Made by a program: the position numbers and the translations under genes. The notes beneath the pieces were generated by a model. It saw only the letters and a program-made list of their open reading frames with translations, did not search any database and was not told where the DNA came from. From assembly GCA_964414755.1 (NCBI GenBank), contig CAYPXH010000003.1, forward strand, positions 6,896-70,895: a stretch of 64,000 bases of DNA, read 5' to 3'. Source of the stretch: an uncultured Rhodospirillaceae bacterium. GTDB taxonomy: Bacteria; Pseudomonadota; Alphaproteobacteria; JAEUKQ01. Shown here piece by piece: positions 43,583-51,593 of the stretch (within the stretch, counting starts at the first letter, position 1; every line of letters starts with the position of its first letter).

Positions 43583-45115
43583 ATGAAAAGAATTTTGTTA
43601 TTAACAACCATCATGGGTGGTATTTGGGCAACCAGTGTAGCGCAAGCGCAGCAGCAAATTACCAGTGTGGAAGCGCAGCCAATCGCAATTACAATTCCGG
43701 CGGATATTTTAAAGAACTACGATCTTCAAAGTTGTGCATTTCTGCAATCAGCAAATAAACAGCAATTATTCTGGCAATGTGTTATGGAACCTTCTTATGC
43801 ATTAACGTCTAATGTTTCTGACATTAGTGATAATAAAGACGGTGCAACCAGGGAAGAAGCATTATCAATGTCATCCGGGGCTGATCAAGCCCAAGCGAAA
43901 CAAGATAATCAGATAGAAACAACAGCCCCAACTCCTGCAATTGTTCCTGAATTGGCCGGTGGGTTAACGAGCTCTGCTGATGCATCAGCAGACGAGTCGG
44001 CGGAAGCAGAGATTGAAGGCTGTGGTGGGGATGAATGGACGCCTGTTGCCCTGTGGTTAGGAAAGATTGATACAAATTTTAACCTGGAACAGAGTTTGTT
44101 TTTTAATGAAGGAATTTTAACAGAAAAGTCTTTTACCACTTTTATGCATGTTAATGATGATGGTGAATTATTTGCCACGCCAATAATTTTTGACGATTTA
44201 GCGGCAGGGGTCTATCACACAGAAATTCTAAAAGTTACACTAACGAATAATATGCCAGCCAGCTTTGAAAAAAAGGCACATGTAAAGGATGAGTCGGAAA
44301 TTGTTTTTTTATCTGACGGGGATCAGTTAATTATTCAGAGAGATGGCGATGGTACTAGAGACATTAAAAAATTGCACCAATTTCAAGAAGTTGATTGGCT
44401 TGACAGAAGCCGAATTACCACTTTGGGTACAGGCACTGCAACAATTATTGAACGGCCAAACACAAACCTATTATTATATGTGCCGATTACAGTTACTACA
44501 GAGAATCAAGCTAAAGTCGATGCGATCATCAAACAAAACAACCCAAATTATAATCGATTTGGGTATGCCCAAAATGAAGAAAAAGCCCAAGAATCAAGCC
44601 TTATTATGTGCTTGTCGCCAAATGGGGTACATCAAGCATCCGCTATAATCCCGGAAGCTGATATTGAGAAATTAGTTGCCATGCAAGATAACAGGGTCAG
44701 TCTTCTTATGGTTGATCAGAATAAAATATTCATCCGAAGCATTGACAATAATTGCCATGTATCATCCACGCAAGCAGTTGAATTGCCGGTTAGTCAATTT
44801 GATCAAGAAGGAGCATTATTAGAAAAAGATGATGATGCGATATTTTTACATCGGGTAATTCCCATGCCTGATCAAAGCTTGGCTATTTTATATGTGCAGC
44901 CCGCAATTCTGCAACACCACCATTTAGTGCGGATTGACCGTAATGGTCGGGTTGTTCAGAAGGTTAACCTTGATAGTATTATGGATGGCCACGATCAGCG
45001 GACTATAGGGCTAGATATAATAGGTGTTCCCGGTAAGCAGGAATTAATCATTTCTGTCTCACCCCCATATTTTGAAGAAATGACGCCAAAACTATATAAG
45101 GTTAATTTTGATTAG
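43583..45115 (+). CDS. Secreted hypothetical protein, paralog 1 of a tandem triad (510 aa) with an acidic Ala/Ser/Glu-rich linker
   Basis: Signal peptide MKRILLLTTIMGGIWATSVAQAQ, then the motif SCAFLQSANKQQLFWQC (C-x14-C). Low-complexity linker ...SSADASADESAEAEIEG... followed by a beta-rich C-terminal part. Confidence 0.7.
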   Translation: MKRILLLTTIMGGIWATSVAQAQQQITSVEAQPIAITIPADILKNYDLQSCAFLQSANKQQLFWQCVMEPSYALTSNVSDISDNKDGATREEALSMSSGADQAQAKQDNQIETTAPTPAIVPELAGGLTSSADASADESAEAEIEGCGGDEWTPVALWLGKIDTNFNLEQSLFFNEGILTEKSFTTFMHVNDDGELFATPIIFDDLAAGVYHTEILKVTLTNNMPASFEKKAHVKDESEIVFLSDGDQLIIQRDGDGTRDIKKLHQFQEVDWLDRSRITTLGTGTATIIERPNTNLLLYVPITVTTENQAKVDAIIKQNNPNYNRFGYAQNEEKAQESSLIMCLSPNGVHQASAIIPEADIEKLVAMQDNRVSLLMVDQNKIFIRSIDNNCHVSSTQAVELPVSQFDQEGALLEKDDDAIFLHRVIPMPDQSLAILYVQPAILQHHHLVRIDRNGRVVQKVNLDSIMDGHDQRTIGLDIIGVPGKQELIISVSPPYFEEMTPKLYKVNFD

Positions 45116-45161
45116 GACAGGTATGTAATAGGATTGATATGATGCTCGTAAGGATGTCATT

Positions 45162-46565
45162 ATGGCGCGAAGAATATTTTTTATTGTTGGGATTCTGATC
45201 AGTTTTTTGAGTAAGCAACTATGTGCCGAGCATCCGTTGCGTGCGCCCCTAATGTTAGGGTCTATTAAGCAACCCGAGATATTAGCCTGCGATCTTAATC
45301 AATTTAACAATAGATTTTTATGGTCTTGTGTTGTGGCGGATCAAGATAAAAATGGAGTGAGAAACAAAAATTATCTAGCCATAGCGCAGCTTACGGCAGA
45401 TGGACAAATCATTGGAGAATATCAAATATTTGCCCTTGATAGCCACGACAGTAAATCAATACGCATTCTGGACCAGGCAGATTATTCTTTCTTGCCTATA
45501 AAGAATAGCCGTCTTCTGAAGCAGCAAATCCCACTACTTTATGTACAAGATGGGAACGAAATTAAGGTATATGAGCGTTCAGAAAGTGTTGGCCAATGGT
45601 ATTTAAAGTTTAGGGTTAGCGCACGAATTGATCAAACAGACGCCAAGCAAATAGTATTTGGTGGCCTAAAGCATCATCCTGGCAGCGGTAATTTTGTTAT
45701 TTGGAATTATGTGTATGATCAATATGACTCGATTATAAAGACGCAATTTAGGTTTTACGATAATCTAGGACATTTACTATCAGAAATTGTTGACGAGGGT
45801 GACACTACGCGTAATAGAATTTTATGGCGTAATTTGGCACCATTAATAGATGGAAAATGGTTAGTATTAGCCTTGGATTCTTTTTTCGTACATGATTATA
45901 TAACGTTACCCAATGATTGCGATAGTCTTTCAGAACGTGGATTGTTGCCGCAAGATTTTACCGAATGTACAGAACAATCCTTATCGGATGGTACGGAAGA
46001 ACAGGTTGTTTTGCCCTATACATGGGAATTTCAAGATAACTCTGTTGCATGTTGGAAGGATGGTCAGCCATTACGTGATGATGCGTATAATTCGTTGGGT
46101 GGCCGATTAGTTACCATTCTTCAGGGGCAATCAAAGACAATATTAGCGGTATATAACCAGGGCGACACCATCAATTTAAACATTTTTGCTATCAATGAAT
46201 GCCAAGATATTCAGAATACTCATAATCTTGCGGTTCAAAAGGAACAAAGGCTCACTTTACCCAATGTTCAGGAAGCTTTTTTATTGCCAGATGGTAATTT
46301 GTTGCTTGCACAATTATCGCAAGAAACAAAAAAATTATTTATTTGGCAATATAATCTGGCAACAGATAAGCAATTAACCAGAATCTCTACTATCGATTAC
46401 CTTGTTCCTATTTCTCAAGAGATAATTTTGGGAACAGTAACAACTGAAGAACCAAAAATCATATTTGGTCAGGATGAAACCGGTTTGAAAATATCTGTAG
46501 CCATATTTTATCCGGGACTAAGCCCATTAGCAGAAAATATGCCAATTTTTTACCAACTTCCCTAG
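45162..46565 (+). CDS. Secreted hypothetical protein, paralog 2 of the triad (467 aa)
   Basis: Signal peptide MARRIFFIVGILISFLSKQLCAE, then ACDLNQFNNRFLWSC (C-x12-C with [FL]W before the second Cys), matching paralogs 1 and 3. Lies 46 bp after paralog 1. Confidence 0.7.
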   Translation: MARRIFFIVGILISFLSKQLCAEHPLRAPLMLGSIKQPEILACDLNQFNNRFLWSCVVADQDKNGVRNKNYLAIAQLTADGQIIGEYQIFALDSHDSKSIRILDQADYSFLPIKNSRLLKQQIPLLYVQDGNEIKVYERSESVGQWYLKFRVSARIDQTDAKQIVFGGLKHHPGSGNFVIWNYVYDQYDSIIKTQFRFYDNLGHLLSEIVDEGDTTRNRILWRNLAPLIDGKWLVLALDSFFVHDYITLPNDCDSLSERGLLPQDFTECTEQSLSDGTEEQVVLPYTWEFQDNSVACWKDGQPLRDDAYNSLGGRLVTILQGQSKTILAVYNQGDTINLNIFAINECQDIQNTHNLAVQKEQRLTLPNVQEAFLLPDGNLLLAQLSQETKKLFIWQYNLATDKQLTRISTIDYLVPISQEIILGTVTTEEPKIIFGQDETGLKISVAIFYPGLSPLAENMPIFYQLP

Positions 46566-46641
46566 ATTTTAAATTGTGTTAGAATAGCGCTTAAGTAACA
46601 GTCTTTTGCTTTAACAATAAAAATGTGTAAGGAAATAAGGC

Positions 46642-48021
46642 ATGATGGATTTTGTTAGCAGGAAAAAGTATGTTCTTTTCGGCATCCTCGGGTTTTTTGC
46701 GTTCTTTGGCGGTGTGACCATTGGTTATGCACAAACAACCCCACAAATAATTCCGTATCATGCTGAAACAAACAAGCAAAACTATGCCCCAGATTATTGT
46801 GAATTGGATGGATTGGGAAAGCATGCAATTTTCACCTGTTTGATGACCGAAAAATTAAAAATGCAGGCGCGGTTGCCACGGTCGCATCTTAGCATTTCTT
46901 TTCTAGAACCAGGTAAACGCCCATGGATCTTAAACCATGATGCTTTAATAAAGCAGAATTTACAGAAAATTTTAGCGGTTTCAAGCAACGGCTTGATATT
47001 AGTAGTTGGGGGTCAAACACAAAATCGGCTTGTTGCATTAGACCCTGTTACCCAAAAAATTATGTGGCAGTCCGATGAATTTCAGCATGCATTTAAAGCA
47101 GCTTCAGCCGCAGATGGAGACTTTATCTTATTAGAATTACGTCATGGGCAAAATTGGAATGCAGACAGTTTTGCTGTTCATAAGCTGGATAAAAGTGGCA
47201 AGAAAACATGGTTTTATCTTGATCATCAGATTACGGGCTTTAGCAATGCTGTTAAAGCCAAGCAAAGCGTTGCAGGAATGCAGATCAATAAAAATTTAAT
47301 GGTGAGGCCCGATGGACAGATAGTGGTTTTGGGCCAAGCGTGGCAACCTAAAAAAGGTTCTTCTCAGGGTTCATTTGGGGTTTTTGCCCTGTGCCTGGAT
47401 ACTAAAGGGCAGAAACAAGGACAGATTTTCCTAGAAAACAGGGATTGGCAACAGCCGGTGATGAACAATCAGGGGCAGGTTGTTTTGGTAGATCAAACAA
47501 TTATGTATGATACGGATTGGTTGAGGTTAACAACCCTTGATGCTAAATGTCGGGTAATAGCAGAAAAAACCTATGCAGGGTGGCAGCCAGGCAATCCATC
47601 AGTTGGTGATGCGCCATTAGTTGCCCATCTGCCAATTTTAGTGCCTTCAAAACGAAATGATGGGTTTTGGGCAATTTATCCAGCTTGGGAGCAAGCTGAT
47701 ACACCAAAGAAAAATACCGCACAAGGTGCCATATTTCATGGGCAAATAATGAGTGCTTTTTTAAATAATAGCGGTAAGGTTGACAAGGTTATTTCGTTAA
47801 CTAATCAAAAACCACTGATGGTATGTGATTATCAGAATACAGATGATTGGAGTGCTTTAAAACCCATCTTGCGCGAAAGCCTGGTACTTAGCGCAACTAG
47901 GACGGATAAAAATTATGTGATATCAGTTTTTGCCGCTGATTCGGGGATATGCAAAATGTTATTGTTTCCAACATTAAAATATCATGTAACAAATCCGGCT
48001 TACCTAATTTTTTGGCAGTAG
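46642..48021 (+). CDS. Secreted hypothetical protein, paralog 3 of the triad (459 aa), with possible beta-propeller-like repeats
   Basis: Signal-like N-terminus (VLFGILGFFAFFGGVTIGYAQ), then YCELDGLGKHAIFTC (C-x12-C). Repeated W/G-containing strands (LVALDPVTQKIMWQ, VVLVDQTIMYDTDW) resemble PQQ/BamB-type blades. Confidence 0.65.
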   Translation: MMDFVSRKKYVLFGILGFFAFFGGVTIGYAQTTPQIIPYHAETNKQNYAPDYCELDGLGKHAIFTCLMTEKLKMQARLPRSHLSISFLEPGKRPWILNHDALIKQNLQKILAVSSNGLILVVGGQTQNRLVALDPVTQKIMWQSDEFQHAFKAASAADGDFILLELRHGQNWNADSFAVHKLDKSGKKTWFYLDHQITGFSNAVKAKQSVAGMQINKNLMVRPDGQIVVLGQAWQPKKGSSQGSFGVFALCLDTKGQKQGQIFLENRDWQQPVMNNQGQVVLVDQTIMYDTDWLRLTTLDAKCRVIAEKTYAGWQPGNPSVGDAPLVAHLPILVPSKRNDGFWAIYPAWEQADTPKKNTAQGAIFHGQIMSAFLNNSGKVDKVISLTNQKPLMVCDYQNTDDWSALKPILRESLVLSATRTDKNYVISVFAADSGICKMLLFPTLKYHVTNPAYLIFWQ

Positions 48022-48146
48022 TAATAATCGCTTAATATTGATTGAAAGATTGATGTGATAAGTTGTTTAAAAGTAGATAGACTTTATGTTACGGTTCAGT
48101 CAACAATTCGTTATTCGGTTAGCTTTTAAACAGGATAAGATATTAG

Positions 48147-49259
48147 TTGATGCAGGCAGGACTTAAGCTTGACACCATTTTTCTTGGTGATTGTATTACC
48201 GGAATGAATGGTCTTCCCGAGAAGTGCGTTGATGTTGTTTTTGCCGACCCCCCTTATAACATGCAGCTGGGGGGCGAGCTTAGGCGCCCTGATAGTACTA
48301 TTGTAGATGGGGTGTCCGATATTTGGGATAAATTTGCTTCTTTTGAAGAATATGATCGTTTCACAAAATCTTGGCTTGCAGCAGCACACCGCGTCTTAAA
48401 AGATGATGGAACAATCTGGGTTATCGGCTCTTATCATAATATTTTCAGGGTAGGGGCCATGATGATGGATTTAGGTTTTTGGATCCTGAATGATGTTATA
48501 TGGCACAAAACAAATCCCATGCCCAATTTTCAGGGGACACGTTTTCAAAGTGCTACTGAGACATTAATTTGGGCTAAAAAAACGGCACACCAAAAAAAAT
48601 ATTATTTTGCTTATCAAGCCATGAAACATTTAAATGAAGATCGGCAGATGCAAAATGTTTGGCATATACCAATTTGCCAAGGGGAAGAAAGGTTAAAAAT
48701 TGACGGACGCAAGGCACATTCAACTCAAAAGCCAGAACAGTTATTATATAGGGTGATTGCGGCTTCGACCAAACCGGGGCAAATTATTCTGGATCCATTT
48801 ATGGGTACTGGTACAACGGCTGCGGTGGCCAAAAGAATGGCCAGGCGATTTATCGGATTTGAAAGGCATGAAGAATATTTAACCGTTGCACGGCAAAGGC
48901 TTAAGAAAGTTCAACCTGATCCAGCCTCGATTGAATTTTTTGAAACCCGTTCGCGTCGTGAACAACCAAGGGTTAAATTCGGTGCCTTAATTGAAAGTGG
49001 TTTGTTAAAAATTGGTCAAAGCCTTTATTGTCCAAAAGGTTCTTATCGTGCTTTGGTTAAGGCAGATGGAACTTTGATAATAGATAAGGGGGTTTTTTCA
49101 ATTCATGCTGCCGCAGCCCAAATACAAGGCAAAGCATCCAGTAATGGGTGGGATTTTTGGCATATTATTCTAGCCGACGGACAAAAACAGCCGATTGATT
49201 ATTTAAGGCAGGTTTATTTAGCACGTCAGCCAAACTTACCCGGATTATTTATAACCTAA
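48147..49259 (+). CDS. ccrM: Cell-cycle-regulated DNA adenine methyltransferase CcrM (GANTC, beta-class N6-MTase)
   Basis: FADPPYN catalytic motif, the C-terminal AdoMet-binding motif ILDPFMGTGTT, and a CcrM-specific C-terminal extension. It aligns residue-by-residue with Caulobacter CcrM as I recall it ([21 protein letters not shown]...WVIGSYHNIFRVG). Confidence 0.93.
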   Translation: MMQAGLKLDTIFLGDCITGMNGLPEKCVDVVFADPPYNMQLGGELRRPDSTIVDGVSDIWDKFASFEEYDRFTKSWLAAAHRVLKDDGTIWVIGSYHNIFRVGAMMMDLGFWILNDVIWHKTNPMPNFQGTRFQSATETLIWAKKTAHQKKYYFAYQAMKHLNEDRQMQNVWHIPICQGEERLKIDGRKAHSTQKPEQLLYRVIAASTKPGQIILDPFMGTGTTAAVAKRMARRFIGFERHEEYLTVARQRLKKVQPDPASIEFFETRSRREQPRVKFGALIESGLLKIGQSLYCPKGSYRALVKADGTLIIDKGVFSIHAAAAQIQGKASSNGWDFWHIILADGQKQPIDYLRQVYLARQPNLPGLFIT

Positions 49260-49363
49260 GAAAATAATCACTGCAAACAAAAACAGTTTTATTAATCGGA
49301 ATTAATAAAACCAGTTTATGCGAAAGCGAAATAAAAGTTATCTTGTATCAAAAATATTTTGAA

Positions 49364-49594
49364 TTATGACTCATAAAAAGTTAATAAATCAACTGCCGAA
49401 GTTTGTAATGCACCCGCCAAAGTTTCTAAAGTGCTTAGGGTGATATTACGCTCACCACGTTCAACTGACCCTATATAAGTACGGTGTAGGCCGCATATAT
49501 AGGCAAGCTCTTCTTGCGAGAGTCGCAATAACTTTCTTTTGCGTCGTAAATTTTGCGACAAAATTTTTTGCAGAGGCGGTAAATAATTTTTCAT
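49364..49594 (-). CDS. Small XRE-family HTH transcriptional regulator (76 aa)
   Basis: Classic Cro/C1-type HTH: LRLSQEELAYICGLHRTYIGSVERGERNITLSTLETLAGAL. Confidence 0.8.
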   Translation of the reverse strand: MKNYLPPLQKILSQNLRRKRKLLRLSQEELAYICGLHRTYIGSVERGERNITLSTLETLAGALQTSAVDLLTFYES

Positions 49595-49839
49595 TAAGAT
49601 ATGAATAAATAATTTTATAAAAACATTTTAACTATACAATAAAATTATATTCTAGGACAGACAATATCGCCTTTTTAGTCTACAGACTATAAGTAGCTTA
49701 AACGTCTTGTCCGGAAATACCGGAAATAAATGGCATGAAAATTTAGCAAACCTTGTGGGCTATAATCTAAATATGACCCAAATTGTTTATTATGCTGGAT
49801 AAATACCAAATTTTAATTTGTATAAGGAAACTTAATATC

Positions 49840-50472
49840 ATGAACTATCATAATGCACACATAAAATCGCCCCTAACGCCAACAGAAATTAATATATTAT
49901 TGGGAAAACATTTAAAACAAATCCGCCGGTTAACCCAAATGACCCAGGAAATGCTGGCTAAATTGTTGGGCGTTACTTTTCAGCAAGTTCAAAAATACGA
50001 AAAAGGAACAAGTGCCATTCGGGTTGATACCTTGTTGGCGATAGCACACCATTTGGGGGTACATCCAGGTTTTCTACTGCAGCCAGTGCCCTTTGTTCCT
50101 AAGGGTCAAAGCCTTTCAGAGCGTAATATAGAAATTAACCAATTACAGCGGTTGCAAACTGCTTTCTATAGCTTCAAACCACCACTTAGAGAACAAATTG
50201 TGGTGTTATGCGAGATGGTCGCGTCACTAAATTTCTTTGAAGAATTGCTGATACAAGCAAAAATTAAAAACATCACCGACAGTATTAAAAATGTATTATC
50301 CCAGAAAGACCGGGTTGGTTCTATTCGATCAAAAAAACACACAGTTACAGATATGGGTGGGTTGGAAAACGAGGTTTCTCTTGAAGATCGTAATGGGTTA
50401 AAAAATAAAAGGGACAAGAAATTAAAGAAACCTGATCATCGTGGTATGGCAAAAAAATTAAAGAAAGAATAG
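49840..50472 (+). CDS. XRE-family HTH domain protein with a C-terminal helical region and a lysine-rich basic tail
   Basis: HTH LTQMTQEMLAKLLGVTFQQVQKYEKGTSAIRVDTLLAIAHHLGV, then about 120 aa ending in a K/R-rich tail (NGLKNKRDKKLKKPDHRGMAKKLKKE). The start was set at the ATG at 49840 (AGGAAA upstream); the ORF-track start at 49783 is probably an extension. Confidence 0.65.
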   Translation: MNYHNAHIKSPLTPTEINILLGKHLKQIRRLTQMTQEMLAKLLGVTFQQVQKYEKGTSAIRVDTLLAIAHHLGVHPGFLLQPVPFVPKGQSLSERNIEINQLQRLQTAFYSFKPPLREQIVVLCEMVASLNFFEELLIQAKIKNITDSIKNVLSQKDRVGSIRSKKHTVTDMGGLENEVSLEDRNGLKNKRDKKLKKPDHRGMAKKLKKE

Positions 50473-50655
50473 TATTAATGTGGGACAGATGGCTCGTGTC
50501 GCCATAAAATACATTTTCTTGATACCCGAAAAGTAACAATTGGTTTAAAATGCTCGTAACAGGGACAGATGAAAATGCACCCGTAAGTTTTTTGTCTGTA
50601 CGATTGGTTGGATTGCGTTTATATGTTTTCTAAGCGCAGCATGGCAATATATATC

Positions 50656-50922
50656 CTATCCACCACTAATTGGTGGAAAAATAGATAGTTCATCGTTATT
50701 AGTAACGGGGTGTGCGTGTGTTACATGTTGCTGGTTGACAGCAACCTTAACAACAGCACGGTTTTTAAAAGCTTCGCGGTAAGGCACGCCTTTGTGTTCC
50801 AGCCAATTTAGTAGTTGTTCAATTGTTGTTACCGCCTTTGGCAATTCGATCGTTTCTTGACCCGTACCGATTTTAGTTTTGATCCAAGCAAAATAAGAAA
50901 TTTTCACTTCTATTTCCCCCAA
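50656..50922 (-). CDS. moaD: Molybdopterin synthase sulfur-carrier subunit MoaD
   Basis: 88 aa ubiquitin-like protein ending in the diagnostic Gly-Gly (…FPPISGG). Confidence 0.8.
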   Translation of the reverse strand: MGEIEVKISYFAWIKTKIGTGQETIELPKAVTTIEQLLNWLEHKGVPYREAFKNRAVVKVAVNQQHVTHAHPVTNNDELSIFPPISGG

Positions 50923-50956
50923 AATAAATAAAAACTAGGGTTATTAATAACCTAAA

Positions 50957-51505
50957 TTATTTTTTTAAATGTTTGACACTGGCGACTAGGTAATCATAAC
51001 CGGTTATTATTGTTAGAGCAGCAGCAAGCCACAAGCCGGCCAGTGCGACTTCTAGCAGCCAGCTTGGGTAAAGCGGGGCGATTAATAACACACCCAATGA
51101 CACCATCTGTACAGCAGTTTTCCATTTAGCTAACCTGCTAACTGGCAAACGTACTTGTAATTCGGCCAAAAACTCACGTAAACCCGAGACAAAAATTTCA
51201 CGACTTAAAATAATTAATCCCGCAATGATATGCCATCCATGAATAATGCCAAGGCTGGTAAGCATCAGTAAAACAGTTGCTACCAACAATTTGTCAGCAA
51301 TTGGATCAAGTAATCTACCCAGGGCAGAAACCTGCTGTAGGCTTCGTGCAAAATAACCATCGAGATAATCTGTAATACAGGCCAGTGTATATAAAAAAAC
51401 AGTTAAATAGCGTGCCCATTCGGCCGGAATATAAAGCAACCCTACCAATATTGGTAAAACGCCAATTCGCAAAAATGTTAAAATATTTGGTAAATTAACG
51501 TTCAT
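50957..51505 (-). CDS. pgsA: CDP-diacylglycerol--glycerol-3-phosphate 3-phosphatidyltransferase
   Basis: 182 aa membrane protein with the CDP-alcohol phosphatidyltransferase signature D-x2-DG-x2-AR...G-x3-D-x3-D (TDYLDGYFAR...LDPIADKLLV). Confidence 0.9.
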   Translation of the reverse strand: MNVNLPNILTFLRIGVLPILVGLLYIPAEWARYLTVFLYTLACITDYLDGYFARSLQQVSALGRLLDPIADKLLVATVLLMLTSLGIIHGWHIIAGLIILSREIFVSGLREFLAELQVRLPVSRLAKWKTAVQMVSLGVLLIAPLYPSWLLEVALAGLWLAAALTIITGYDYLVASVKHLKK

Positions 51506-51593
51506 GATAACTTGTCCTCAGATATACAAAATATCCTGCCCAATTTTTAAATTGAAAACAAGGCGAAAATAATTTTAAGAAAATAAATAGGAT

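Noticed and set aside
48147-49594. Restriction-modification system (CcrM-type MTase plus small XRE C-protein-like regulator)
   Set aside because: The MTase is a full-length CcrM ortholog with the CcrM-specific C-terminal domain, i.e. the orphan cell-cycle methylase. No restriction endonuclease candidate is adjacent, and the neighbouring roughly 210-aa protein is an HTH regulator, not a nuclease.
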